DNA of 64,000 nucleotides from Eledone cirrhosa (taxonomy: Eukaryota): positions 1 through 64,000 of the forward strand of contig CAXHJY010000221.1 in NCBI GenBank assembly GCA_964016885.1, written 5' to 3'. This document shows positions 63,931-64,000 of this stretch, one piece after another. Position 1 is the first letter of the stretch, and every line of letters starts with the position of its first letter. Below the pieces are notes generated by a model that worked only from the letters and a program-made list of their open reading frames with translations, did not search any database and was not told the DNA's origin. The position numbers and the translations under genes were made by a program.

Positions 63931-64000
63931 AAAGTAAAACTAAATATACAAAGCTGAAAGGAAACTGGAGAATTATATATGATAATATATAATTGCCACG

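Overview
AT-rich eukaryotic non-coding DNA. About half of the window is (TA)n-based microsatellite, and almost every long ORF in the track (YI/IY/CV/TH repeats) is a translation artefact of these arrays. I found no intact host gene, rRNA, tRNA or CRISPR array. The unique islands are mostly mobile-element relics: two tRNA-derived SINE families (more than 20 copies, several with clear target-site duplications), RTE and R4/Dong-like LINE fragments, a young RTE-related element inserted in (TATG)n, two non-autonomous Helitrons, Tc1/mariner and hAT-like MITEs, and several minisatellites. The repeat content suggests a cephalopod (octopus-like) genome; this is recall-based inference. The most notable signal is a set of minimal type I hammerhead-ribozyme motifs from several unrelated families (best at 3775, 24548, 42208, 42618 and 52506). 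They sit in short elements embedded in (TA)n, and many form fold-back palindromes whose axis lies at or inside the ribozyme. This resembles Penelope-like pLTR/retrozyme relics.
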